DNA of 64,000 nucleotides from Takakia lepidozioides (lineage: Eukaryota > Plantae > Bryophyta), in contig CM060732.1 of the NCBI GenBank assembly GCA_030704615.1, forward strand, positions 28,768,001 through 28,832,000. Reading direction: 5' to 3'. Below, one piece after another: positions 26,368-37,900 of the stretch (the stretch's first letter is position 1; each line of letters starts with the position of its first letter). The position numbers and the translations under genes were made by a program. Below the pieces are notes generated by a model. That model was not told where the DNA came from and made no database searches. It saw only the letters and a program-made list of their open reading frames with translations.

Positions 26368-27155
26368 CAGTGTTGGGCAGTTACCCGCCGGGATCCAGGT
26401 TAACCGCCGGTTCAGGTTCAGGTTAACCGGAACCGGGCCCATTCCTACATAACCTGACCCGGAACCGGAACCTGCCAATGGGGATGGGCGCAGAACCGAA
26501 CCGGCGGTTTCTGCTGGGTGTGAGAACCGGAGAACCGGGCGCACATGGATAAAAACAGGTTCCGGTTCTTGAACCCTTGGTGGGCCTTGCCAACATGGCA
26601 TAACACTAGAGAGCTGGTGGGCCCAGGGCAAAACTTCTTTAATGCTCTCAAGCTCCTAAGATCCCTGGGTTCAATGCTTGAAGGCCATGAGATTTTATGT
26701 TCAATGCTTCAGCGCCATGACCTTGGGTTCAATCTCCAGCTCCATGATATCCTGTCTAAGTTCATTAATAAAATGTTTGAAGATGCCAATACTTGCCAGG
26801 TAGCTGAATAGTACTTTCAACCCATAAAATTTTACCCATTTTCTTCTACCAGTTTATTTAGAGTATTTTTGTTTGTTTTTTTGTGTTAGTGAAAACTAAC
26901 AAAATCGTTGGATTTTAGTTCAAATATGTGAATACACTGCTATTTAATCTACCGGACTGATAAAATATTTTAAATCTAATTAAATTAAACAAATATATTT
27001 TTAAAATAGAACCGGAACGGATGGTTTTTATCAGCAACTAACCGGTAACCGGAACCACCCCCATGTTTAAAAGTTGGATCCGGAACCGTCTCTTGAAATA
27101 ATTGTGGAACCGGAACCAAAGGTTCCTTCACAAATGCAAGAACCGCCCAACACTG
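26368..27155. mobile_element. Non-autonomous hAT element (788 bp)
   Basis: Exact 8-bp TSD GAAAAAAC. TIR CAGTGTTGGGC(A/G)GTT. Many GAACCGG/CCGGTTC subterminal repeats at both ends. Confidence 0.9.
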
Positions 27156-28327
27156 GAAAAAACGTTGTAGTTGAGGAGATTGGACGAGAAAGCAAGAATT
27201 TTCGCCCTCCAAAAACTGCTGAGAACTTTTTTCTTTTGTTTTTGGAGAACAGGGGACAAAGGCCTGGGAATTTTTTAATTTGGAATCATTAAAGGGGGGT
27301 GGAAATTAAAATCCCCAAGCCCACCATAAGGCACACACACACCGCTGACAGAGGAACACTTAAGCCCTCCGGGAGGGAACAAGCGGGAGACCAAACCAGG
27401 CCACTTCTGAAACTGTTATGTTCTCACTGCAAAATTTCTGAAATGTTTTGAATGTGGATACTAGTAGCGCACCAAGGTAGCTCACAATCTTTAGCGTCAA
27501 TTTTCACGGATCTGAACTGTTGACAAGTTATGAGGTTGGGTTATTTACCCTTCTAGTTTTCGATGTTTTTAGGGATGGGTCACTTTAGCAACTATGTCAC
27601 TCGGAACTAAAATCAGAAAGTTAAGTGAAATTGATTTTACATGCGTTAACTTGCACTTAAAAATCAACCTTTAAATCTATAAGCCAGACGTACAAAGAGA
27701 TTCAAGTTTGCCATCAGTGTGTAATGGCTGTGTAATATATGTATATTTGTGAAATAAATCTAAACTGAACAATCTATTCAAAAAACAAAACTAAAAATCT
27801 AAATCTGAACAGTAGGACGTTGCATGGCATCCTCTGCGTTGGCCTGCGGGTCTGGGCTTCAATCCCCTGTACTACCTTCCGGCTCCCTGTATGCTTCATG
27901 GCTCAGAAAGGGTTTATTTCTCCCCTCGGGCCCAGGTGGCCGCGACTCGGGTTTCCTTGGAAAAATGTTGAATTTTCTTCATTGAAGCCTGCAATTTTTG
28001 GGTACATAACCAGAATACACTCTACATATTTGGCTCAAAAAGGGAAGGGATAGTGTCTCTTTTTTCCTTTTAAAAGCCTCTATCTCCTTTCACATAAAAT
28101 AGAAAACGAAAAAGAAAAAGGTGATAAAAGACACTTAGAGGGTACAAAAAAAGTTGATAATCTCACAATAAGAGGAGTCTGCGAGCAAGCCTTTGCTAAC
28201 AGATGCACGCTCTCTTCCAGTTGATGTGGCTTGCTACATCACTCTCTCAGCACCTACACTTTCTGAGGCCCCATAGTTGTGTCTTGGCTCCATCCCAGCT
28301 CAATTTACGTGAGACAGCGAATTTACA

Positions 28328-28717
28328 ATGCAGCAGTCCGATCCAAAGATGAATTCCAAGGCAGGTAGGAAGATGTCGGATCCAAGGAAGCGCAGCCGCA
28401 AGGGCGTCCGCCGAGAGTGGCAGCCAGCGACGGCAGTGACGGACACGCAGAGGCAAGCCTGGGATGCATGGGAAGGCGGCGAGCTGGAGAAGCTATATCT
28501 CCTCAACACCCCTGCTGCTACCAGTACCTTTTCCTACTTCGGGCATCAGATTGTAGCTCCCGCTCCTGAGGGCACACCAATTGTGACTGCGGAGGATTGG
28601 TTACTGCAACGAGCTATCCCCACACACACCCCATGCGATGCATCAAACACAGCACGTGATGAATGTGATAAATTTGATTGGGGCCTTAAGCAGCTGCTCC
28701 GTTTTCTTGACGACTAA
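28328..28717 (+). CDS. Unassigned 129-aa ORF (possible gene or TE fragment)
   Basis: ATG-initiated, GC-richer than its flanks, with a basic N-terminus (RKRSRK). No motif recognised. Confidence 0.2.
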   Translation: MQQSDPKMNSKAGRKMSDPRKRSRKGVRREWQPATAVTDTQRQAWDAWEGGELEKLYLLNTPAATSTFSYFGHQIVAPAPEGTPIVTAEDWLLQRAIPTHTPCDASNTARDECDKFDWGLKQLLRFLDD

Positions 28718-29246
28718 AGTATTGAGTCTGACTTTGGCGTGCTATGAAAGAGTTCCTCCAGCGTCAGCTGGATGATGATGCTTACAATCGTGGTCAGAAG
28801 CAAGGCAACAACGAGACTCCGGATCCTCCTTTTTGAGTAGAAAAACAAAAACCATGGTCGGGTGGAGTCTGCATGGTGACCTCTGCCTCCCATGCAGACC
28901 AACTGAGTCCCGCCCAAGAGAAGACAAGCTGGCTAGTGAAGTTGCGGTCCGCAGTTGTTCCTTCCAGCTTCTTCACTTGCTTAAGTGGTGGAAGTGAGTT
29001 GGGTAGCCAAACCTCATCAAGTTGATGCCAGGGGGCAATCATTGCGGACATGGTTAATGTCCAACACAAGGAGTATATATGAGGAACTGAAGGAACTGCC
29101 CATGTGTAGAGTTAGTACCGGGCTCTAGAAGACACAAGCAACCGTAGACTTGCATGCTTACATAATACAAAAGGTAACACTGTTTCAAAAAATATTCTAG
29201 TATAGATTTCCAGTTTCATAAATTGATAATAGACCAGAAACCGAAG

Positions 29247-29279
29247 GTGTGTGACAAATGCTCAAGGGGGTGGCACATG
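29247..29279 (+). pseudogene. PHD-finger remnant, 5' part (target of the MULE insertion)
   Basis: VCDKCSRGWHM joins in frame to [24 protein letters not shown] at 43184-43258 once the element and one TSD are removed. Confidence 0.85.
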
Positions 29280-29385
29280 GAGGTTTACTATTTCATGAGC
29301 AGAAACCATGAGCCATGAGCCATGAGCCGCATGAGCCGCATGAGCGGTGAGCCGAAGTCTAAGATACGCGGATTTCATGAGCGGA
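29280..29385. repeat. Left TIR + CATGAGC heptamer repeats
   Basis: catgagc is repeated here, and inverted (gctcatg) at 43095-43160 and in 29513-29540. Confidence 0.9.
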
Positions 29386-30113
29386 CTCCTCCAAATTTGG
29401 AAATGCGGCAGATTAAACAAGTATTAAAATAATAGTTTTTTTATTTGACCTTGCCGTTTTTGGACGTTCCAGATCATGTAATGCGGCGAAGATATGTCGT
29501 CAGTAACAAGTCCGCTCATGGTTTTTTAGATCCGCTCATGGAAATAAGTGACCGTGCAACGGGAAATCCAGTATACCACTGCAAAAGGACGTCGCATACT
29601 GGCCTGTATAGAGTATTCCGCGGTTTTACATGCCTTAACATTGGAATGAAGCTGACCCTTTTGCCGCGATTGAACCAATGGAGTCTGCACCAATACAGTC
29701 TGCAGTACTTCACAATTCTGTCTTCTTCGGGTATTCGGCGGGAAAGGTTTGCAAACTGAACTGGGAAATAGGGTGCCGCATTAGGGTTCGCACGTGCGAA
29801 ATTTCGGAGCGGTTTGGTGTTGGCGAAGGCCGCCTCTGGGGTACCTACGACGATACTTGGAAATGCGGCGCCGCATTTCCTTGTCGGAGGTCGAATGAGG
29901 AAAGCAAGTTTTCGGAAAGCAGAAAAACATGAACCCTCCAACATACAAAAATACATGCACGTGGAAAACAAGTTAAGTTATAGTTAAACAGAATGTCAGA
30001 GAGGATGGGGGTTACCAATGGCCAGGTGGGGCTGGGTATTAGATGGGGGGCTCACTGGTATGATGTTTTGGAATTTTTCGAAAATGGGATGCCCTTGCGG
30101 TGGTGTTGGGTAA

Positions 30114-33100
30114 TTAAATTTTGCACTGAGCCCCCGCACATCTGAATTGGGGGGGTGAGCTTGGTTGTTTGGTATCCTCAGTCCCCATCCTTCTCACAGG
30201 TCCGGTCTTCCCCAACTTGGTGCTGTTCTTCTGTGTGGGGGAAAGGTCTGGGGACGTCAGTGCGCTGCACCATCCGAAATCCTGCGGCGGTAAGGGCGTC
30301 GGCCTCAACCTGACTCAGATCGCAGCCTGGTTCCACCGGCCACACCGGGGGAGCCTCTGGCATTGTTTGTATGCCGTACTTGGGCTTTCATACACGCAAG
30401 TCATAATGTCGTGCCTGCAGAACCAGAACTGGGTGGTTGTCGCCTCCGCAAACTTTGCATGGACAAATCTTCCTGTAAAAGTAGGAGCAGGGACAGCCCC
30501 ATCTGGATTCCCTTATCATCTCTAAACAACGTTGCCGTGTATCCACACGAATTGCGGAACACCTTCCTCGAAACGACGGCTTTGTGCGAGCAATTCTCCA
30601 CTGTGATGCAGACACAGTCGTCTCCACAATGGCTTGGCCATACTGCATAACAGCGGGCGGAATGTGGGGCAAGGGAGCGGTGGGAATTTTTGCACGAAAT
30701 CCCCGGTTGAAGGCGACGGCGATCTGGAATTTCTTGGGCTTCCACTGCTGGAAGACACATTGTGCGGCAACATGACGGGACCTCGAGGTGCTGTCCGAAT
30801 GTTCCTGTCGGATCTCCAGGAATCCTCTTCGCACCCGGGTTCCTCTTCAATCCTCCGCCTGACAGGGCGAGTCCGGACGTCCCCCTCTAGGTGTTCACCT
30901 CTGCGGTGCAGAGGCGTCCCTTTGATCTTCTCTCGCAATGCTGTCGCCCATTTCACTGGATTCTTGGACCTCGAAGCTGTTCGTACCAACAATTCCTCCC
31001 TGTCCGGCCCAAAGCCCCATTGTTTGCCGCTCAGGAACTTGTAGTACGTGGCTTGCTGCATGATTGCTCTGTCGATGTCCTCCGTTGTGGCCGTCACTAC
31101 GTCCACCAGATGTGCGGCAGAAGACGCTCGCCAGGAGGAGTGGACCGATTCTGCCATATTCGTGTTCGGCATGTCCGTGTCGGAATCCAAGCACCGCTCC
31201 TAGAAGGACACAAACAATGGTGAGGGACCAATCGAAATGTCCGTAACAGAAAGACAAATGAACGAAAATGACAGCAGCCTACCTCCCGCATGTACTGTCC
31301 GAACTGTCGATACCGAAAATGCCACCACCCCAACCAGCTGTGCAATGCTCCCAGATTGGTTGTCTCCACTGCACCTGACGTGTTCCACCAAGCCTCGATG
31401 ATAGCAAACTTAACCTCCGCGTCATCAAATGTGGGTGCATCCTTCCACGCCGTACAAAGGACACGGTGTTCAGCCTGGAATGAGCTAGCAACAAATTTGG
31501 TAGTGTAGTGGGATAGACTCTGCATCCAATGGAATCCACAGGATCTCTCTTTCCCCTCCATTGGAACATTGGGGTCCTCACCGTACACACGCCGCACCGC
31601 TGCCCAGTTGGCCTGAGCGTTGTCTGCCATGAATCCCCTGAAATTGGGCTCTGGCAATCCCGCCCTTGCCATCTGCTCGTTTATGCCCTCCCACAGATGC
31701 ATCTCGGACTGTGTGTCCTCCCCTTTCATCTCGCAGATTGCAATCGTCATGAGCCTCTTGGAGTGATAGTCATAAACATGCGCACCCATAGTCACCCACT
31801 GATGGTTTGTAATTCGCTTGATGTGATCAAACATCACCCAAGCATTCGACAAGTTTCCAGTTGTCATGCGAGTGACCAAGTCGACTCCACTCCCAGGCCC
31901 ACACGTCGACATTTTGAAAATGTAACAACGATCGGATTCGCTGCCTTGCCCTGGAAACCTGCTACCTTGGATGTAGTCATATCCAGTCATTCGTTTCACC
32001 TCCAGGATTGAGTACATGTCCGACCCCCTGCCGAACTCCTGCTTGCAAGATACGATGTGATTCCGCACATTCGGACTACAAACGTGCGAGACGGACTCCA
32101 AGAGGTCACGCATCTCGTCTTCGGTCAAGGGCTCTCGGTCGGAACCATCTTCAGACATGATTTTGCCAAGAGCAATCTTGTGGGCTGCCTTCAGCTGAAT
32201 CTGCTTTGGTCTGGCTCCGGGGCTCAATTTCACCTCCTCTTTTATGATCGTGTGCTTCCTGCACAGCCTCACGCATGTTGCCTCTCGCCAAGGGGTGGCA
32301 GTGGACCCCAACGTGTATGCAAGCTCTAGTCAAGTCCGGGAGCAAATGGAACGTAATATTGCTTGGCTCTGCACATGGACATGCACGTCGGTGGTTCTTT
32401 GCAATGTGCACACTTGAAAGAACCCGCAGGAGCTTGGCTGGAGACAATGAATGGATGATGCGTTTGTGCCAGTCCAATCCGTCTCGTTTCTCCGCCCTCC
32501 TTTGGAGAGAAAGTGGAAGCAGGTGGGATTGAGGCACCTCAGCTTCCCCGCACAGAGGACATATCGTACACGAACACCATCAGCAATTTTCGTGCTACTG
32601 GTCTTCGTCACACACCAGGGGTGTCCGTCATGCTTTCGATCCATGTCTGTTAACATCCCGGAGGCTTTGTTTGACGAAGAAACAGGTGGAAACTCGAAGA
32701 TGACATTGCCATCGACTTCGGGAGGCAGAAACGTTACCTTTCTGACTGGGAATTTGGCATAGTCGAGAGCAGCCAGCTCGGAGCGAGAACCATCGAGGTG
32801 ATGTTGTCGTAGGAGCTGCACAATGGACCGGGTTGGAGTTATGCTCGAGGGCACATGCGTAGCACCTACAGAGACGTCCATGCCGGATTTGAACGACCGT
32901 GTGGAGGACATGGGTACCTCAATGCAATCATCTTCCTCGTCGGAAATGTCGAATACGTCCACACGAGAAGCTATGGAGGGTCTTGACGGTCCAGGTCGGG
33001 AATGATTATCGTTGCATACCTCTCTGTTGGCAGTGGCCGCCTCTCGGTTTCCGGACTCCTTTGTGGATGGTGTGGGCAGCGACTGATTCGGAAAGGGAAT

Positions 33101-33373
33101 GGGCATTCCCACAGCTCGGTACAGGATGGTGTCTGACGGGGGAACGTGCCATTCGATTCCGCAACCTCCGTCGTTACCTAGCACGACAATGGTCTCGTCA
33201 ACCTGTCCAGGAACATCCTTCCTTTCTTCTTCCAAATAAACTGTGCCCGGTTTGAGCTTGAATTTGGAACAAAGGTAAGTTTCAGTCACTCTGCAAAGTC
33301 CTCCCTCGTTTGGGATCCAGGCTCTCCCAAGTTGCGGAGGACAGCAAACTATAGCGTAGGAATTCGGAGCCAT
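30114..33373 (-). CDS. Transposase: N-terminal domain + GCM-like Zn domain + MULE DDE + Cys/His C-terminal (SWIM-like) region
   Basis: DRKHDGHPWC..YVLCAGKLRCLNPTC..KCAHCKEPPTC..GVHCHP, WVMFDHIKR, FMADNAQANW, SCGFHWMQS (CxxH) and PNTNMAESVHSSW. GT-AG intron 31200-31282. Several 1-bp frameshifts; the 3' end is approximate. Confidence 0.9.
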
Positions 33374-33788
33374 CGAACCGCACGGAGTTGGCAAGTGCGA
33401 GGTTCAGTATAGCGACAGACCAAGGCTCACAGGCACCATGCGGAGTCCATCGACGATTGGAAGTCGCACATTGAAGTGGAAAGTATTGTTTCAAGCTACA
33501 TGCATGAAGGTGGGAGGTTTGATTCCATAGCCAGTGAGTATGACAATGATGGCCGATTCGGCGACGAAATAACATCTCCTGACAGTTTCTCCCTGAGGGT
33601 GGATCCAGCAGTATTCTCGGTGCAGACAGGAACGTTCGCACTGACAAGTGCCAGACTGTTAGTTAAAACGGTCAGACAACCAAGTTGTGCTCATCAAGAC
33701 TGGCCGCAATTGTGTTGTTTCGGAACAATGCAACCCATTCAGGTTCCAGATTTCCCGTCCCGAGTGATTCTTTCGATTGCTGGTGGAC

Positions 33789-34765
33789 GGAAATACGGCG
33801 CCGCATTTCCTTGCATCTTGGTCATAAATGCGGAGGGAACGGAAATGCGGTTTCACGGAAATGCGGTACCGCATTTCCGTTCTTTACCGGGAACGGAAAT
33901 AAGCAATGCCGTCTTACCGCACTTAAGTCGGGAACGGAAATAGTTGGTCCGGTACCGCATTTCCGTTCTGATTGAGAATTATGAACAACGGGAACAGAAA
34001 TGCGGCACCGCATTTCCGTCCGAGTCGCACTTTCGACATTCCAGAACGGAAATGCGGCGCCGCATTTCCATTTTGTATCTGATTTTTTGAGACAACTATC
34101 CAGAACGGAAATGCGGTACCGCATTTCCGTTCTGACTGAAAATCCATCAATTTTCCATCCGAGTCGCACCTCCCAACATTCCAGAACGGAAATTTCCGTT
34201 CCGAAAATGCGGTACCGCATTTCGTCCGGACATTCCAAAACGGAAATGCGGCGCCGCATTTCCGTTTTGTATGTGAGGCATGGAGCTGTGGAACGAAAAT
34301 GCGGCACGCATTTCCGCCGTCAGATTAATACTCTACAGAACGGAAATGCGGTACCGCATTTCCGTGAAATCCAACGGGAACAGAAATGCGGCACCGCATT
34401 TCCGTCCGAGTCGCGACATTCTAGAACGGAAATGCGGCGCCGCATTTCCGCCTGGAGCCGCCGGTGAGTTAATTTTCTGGTGAGGAACGGAAATGTTTTC
34501 CGCCCCCCGTTGAAACAGGGTTGGAACCGGGCTCATTTCCGCATAATTGGGGATTCATCCCCCGGGGCAAGGGGGAAATGGCCCCGGGCCAACGGAAATT
34601 TTCCGGTCAAAATCGGGAACGGAAATGCGGCGCCGCATGTGGAGCTGTGCACCGTATTTCCGTTCAACAACGTGGAACGGAAATGCGGTGCCGCATTTTC
34701 TTCCAACAAGTACGGATGTAGCTTCGTGATGGTACTTAACGGAAATGCGGCGCCGCATTCGCATT
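33789..34765. repeat. Palindrome array 1 (GGAAATGCGG-YR-CCGCATTTCC, ~14 units)
   Basis: Directly visible between the divergent transposase and cargo genes. Confidence 0.95.
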
Positions 34766-34949
34766 TTCGCTCCAACTCATCAGACGCTGGGACGGAAATG
34801 CCTTGAAATGTGAACACGTGGAGCAACGGAATTGCTGCACATGTCGGCACTCTATCTGACTGAAGGGGCATGAGGCGGCGCGGCCTGACCGTTGGATAAT
34901 GATGTTTGTTTTTCGGACGGCAGGCGTACCCTCAACGATTCGAATTTCG

Positions 34950-37900
34950 TAATGACGCAAACTCCACGAGGAGACACTTTCGTCCAACCCTTTCGAACCC
35001 AAGTGGTGCATCACCGCCGTTTCATCTACTTTTGTCGTGTCTCCTCAGTCACCCCTCTCGCGCCCTTTCCATCTGCACTTTGCCCCTTTTCCCTCTCTCT
35101 GTTCTTCTTATGCTCGAACCTGAGAGGGGGGGAGTTCGTGCACCAGACAGGAGACCTCGTCGCAAGCTCCGGAAATTATACTTCGGACGTAGCCAATGCC
35201 GAAGGGGAGGAAGCAGATGCGTCTACAGGAGGAGATTGCCATCCGAGCAGCAGGCCACTCAGGCAACCCAGCCACCAGTGAGAGCTCCATGCGATCGGGC
35301 TGCGCGCAGCTGATCGAGCACCGAACCCCCCATTTTGCTTCTGTAATCTTAGACTGAATGCTAGGAGACTTGAATGCAGAACATGTTTGCATGCCTAACA
35401 GGAAAGGTGGACGTGCTGGAGGGATCGCAGGAATCCGAAGAGCCGCAGGAAGAGTCCGAGGAGCTAGCTGCAGCACGTACACCCACCCGATCCCCGAGCG
35501 CGGGGTATTCCTGCCGGGCCTAGCCCTCTGCGATTCAAAGACGCGTCTTCGAAGGGCAAGTTCAAAGTCCCAGAGATCGACTCGCGTTCTTCGGTCATGG
35601 AGAATCGCCAGCAGGGGTCGGGCCCTTCTCCAGCAAAGTCGAAGAAGAAGCAGCCCGTCCCTCTACTGGCTTCTGAACCGGCTCAGGCCGATCACCCCCC
35701 CAACGCGAATGAAGCAGCAGGGTAAAGACAGATTCAATTGCAGCAGACACCTTCACCTGCAAGGATGAGGAAGCAGAAGGCAATCAGGGCGACGGGCGAA
35801 CAATCTCCCGCAAAACCGCTTCCACGAGCTGAAGCTCAGTCCTGGAGGATTTCCCGCCTGCAGATGTTGGGGCCGACTCTGCTGCAGCGAAGGCAATGGG
35901 ATCGACCGTTTCTCGATTTGGTACCGGAGGAGGGTGCTGCCGCTCAACGTTCGCAGCAAGACCTCACCACCGATGAGCAAGCAGGCCCGGAGGAGGCCTC
36001 TGCAATGGCAGAATTGCCCGCAACAGGCCCAGACTGCACCCCACCGCCACTACCGGCACCTACAGACATGTCTCCGGAGGATTTCAAAAGTGCAGCGGAT
36101 AAAATGTTGGAGGAGACACACAGTAGCATTGGCAGAGTTCTGGGCAGCAGGGTATTCCAGCGGACTCTTCGAATCCCACTCTGTCGCATGGTCTCCCTTC
36201 CCATCGTCAGGCAGGCCCTTCCCGGAGATGTGGATAAGCTCAAGTTCGCATTTCGAGAAGGGTACCGTCTGGGATCGGCAGCGTTTTACGTTTCCATTGA
36301 GAATGAGGACGGCGAAACTCGTGGACCCACTGCCGATGAATTGTCAACGTGGGATACCCACTGGCACACTCGCAACACGAATTCGAGGCGACGCTGAAGG
36401 GTGATCCGACTTCGGCCATATGTGGGGTAAAATGTTCTTTGTGGGACGGGAATCACCGACTTCTCGCCTGGTGGGAGTACATCAAGCAGAACCATGCCAA
36501 GCACATTGGCTGGCATTACATGGTGGAGTGTGTCATCCTCAAGGTGAAGGCGGCAGACTCCTCCCTGCTCAAGAATGCCATGGCGGACCTCAACTCGTAA
36601 GATACTCATACCCTCCCTAGCACGTTCGAAATGCGGTGCCGCATTTCGGTTTCCATTCTGGTTTGTTTCCGTGCTTCCGTGTACTGAACTGGAGAGTGTG
36701 CCTTGCAGGGTCACTGAGAATGCGTACGTGCATACCCACATGGCACATATGCTGTACAGGGTGAGGAAAACTGGTCTCACTGATCCGCAGATGTTTGCGG
36801 AAATGCTGGAGCCCGAGCTCATTCAGAAAGCCGTTGCAAAAACAGACCGGACATGGTATCGTCTCACTATGGATGGAATGGTGGAGGTGATATACGAAGT
36901 AAGTCGTCCTCCAATTTCCCTCTGCTCATCCTTCCCCAATTTCCAGTAATTTCCACATGAATCGAATGTAACGCTTCTGCATGTTTTTGTTGGCAGTCAA
37001 ACATCAAGCTGGATTGGCCCATGCCAAACGCTTCTTCATGGAAAGTGAGGGGCAGGTCAAAACGTTGCAGTCATTGACTGAGCACTTGAAGGAAGCCGGT
37101 GTCAAGTCCAGAACCAAATACAAGTCAAAGCTTGTGAAGCTGGTGGCAATTGCAGATCCGGCACTTGGAAAGGACTTCATCCCCGAGATTGCAAAACACT
37201 ATTCTCGGGCCATGCACGACCATGCAATTGGAGAAACTGCATCACCTCTCAACGGCATGTGTGGAGGCGAAAGAGAAGGTGAGGTTTCAATGCACTGAAG
37301 TTCCTTCCTAGCAATAGCCACTCTCTTCCAGCTCCTGACATTGGATCGGAAATGGCAGACACGGTGGCTGTCGATCTGGAATGCATCCGAGAGCATAAGG
37401 ACAATGTGGTCTTTTCCACTGGAAGTTTCCGACCCTGCAGTGGATGTGTGGCTCAACCGCATGACTTGGTGGTTCCAGGTAATTCAAGGTACTTCCCCAG
37501 ATTTGCTTTTCTGAAATGAATTCCCTGAACTGCTACGTGACAATGCATTTGGGAATCGCAGGTAATGTCGAATGCGAAGGAGCAAGTCGTAATGCACACA
37601 AATTCGTTCGGCTTGTACGTCAAATGGGATGGAACACAGACATTGGAAGACTACGTGACACGTTTCAGATGTGCGTACAAGGACAACCTTTTCGCCAGAG
37701 AGCTACAGACAGCAAGAAGGAGCGTGGAGTTTACACATCAGGAGGGGAGCGGGGAAAGCTGCAATGCGAATTGTTTACAGGTGAAGCACAGCTGCCCTTG
37801 TATGCGAAGCCTGGTTACGAGGTTTGTCTCGGAAATGCGGCACCGCATTCGCATTTTATGTTTTCGGTGGCACTCTGCAGTAGGTTGGTCTCAACTTTGC

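Noticed and set aside
33789-34765. CRISPR array (palindromic repeats with spacers)
   Set aside because: Linkers recur as homologs (for example GTCCGAGTCGC..ACATTCCAGAAC), repeats are symmetric and also occur singly in introns, there are no cas genes, and the context is eukaryotic.
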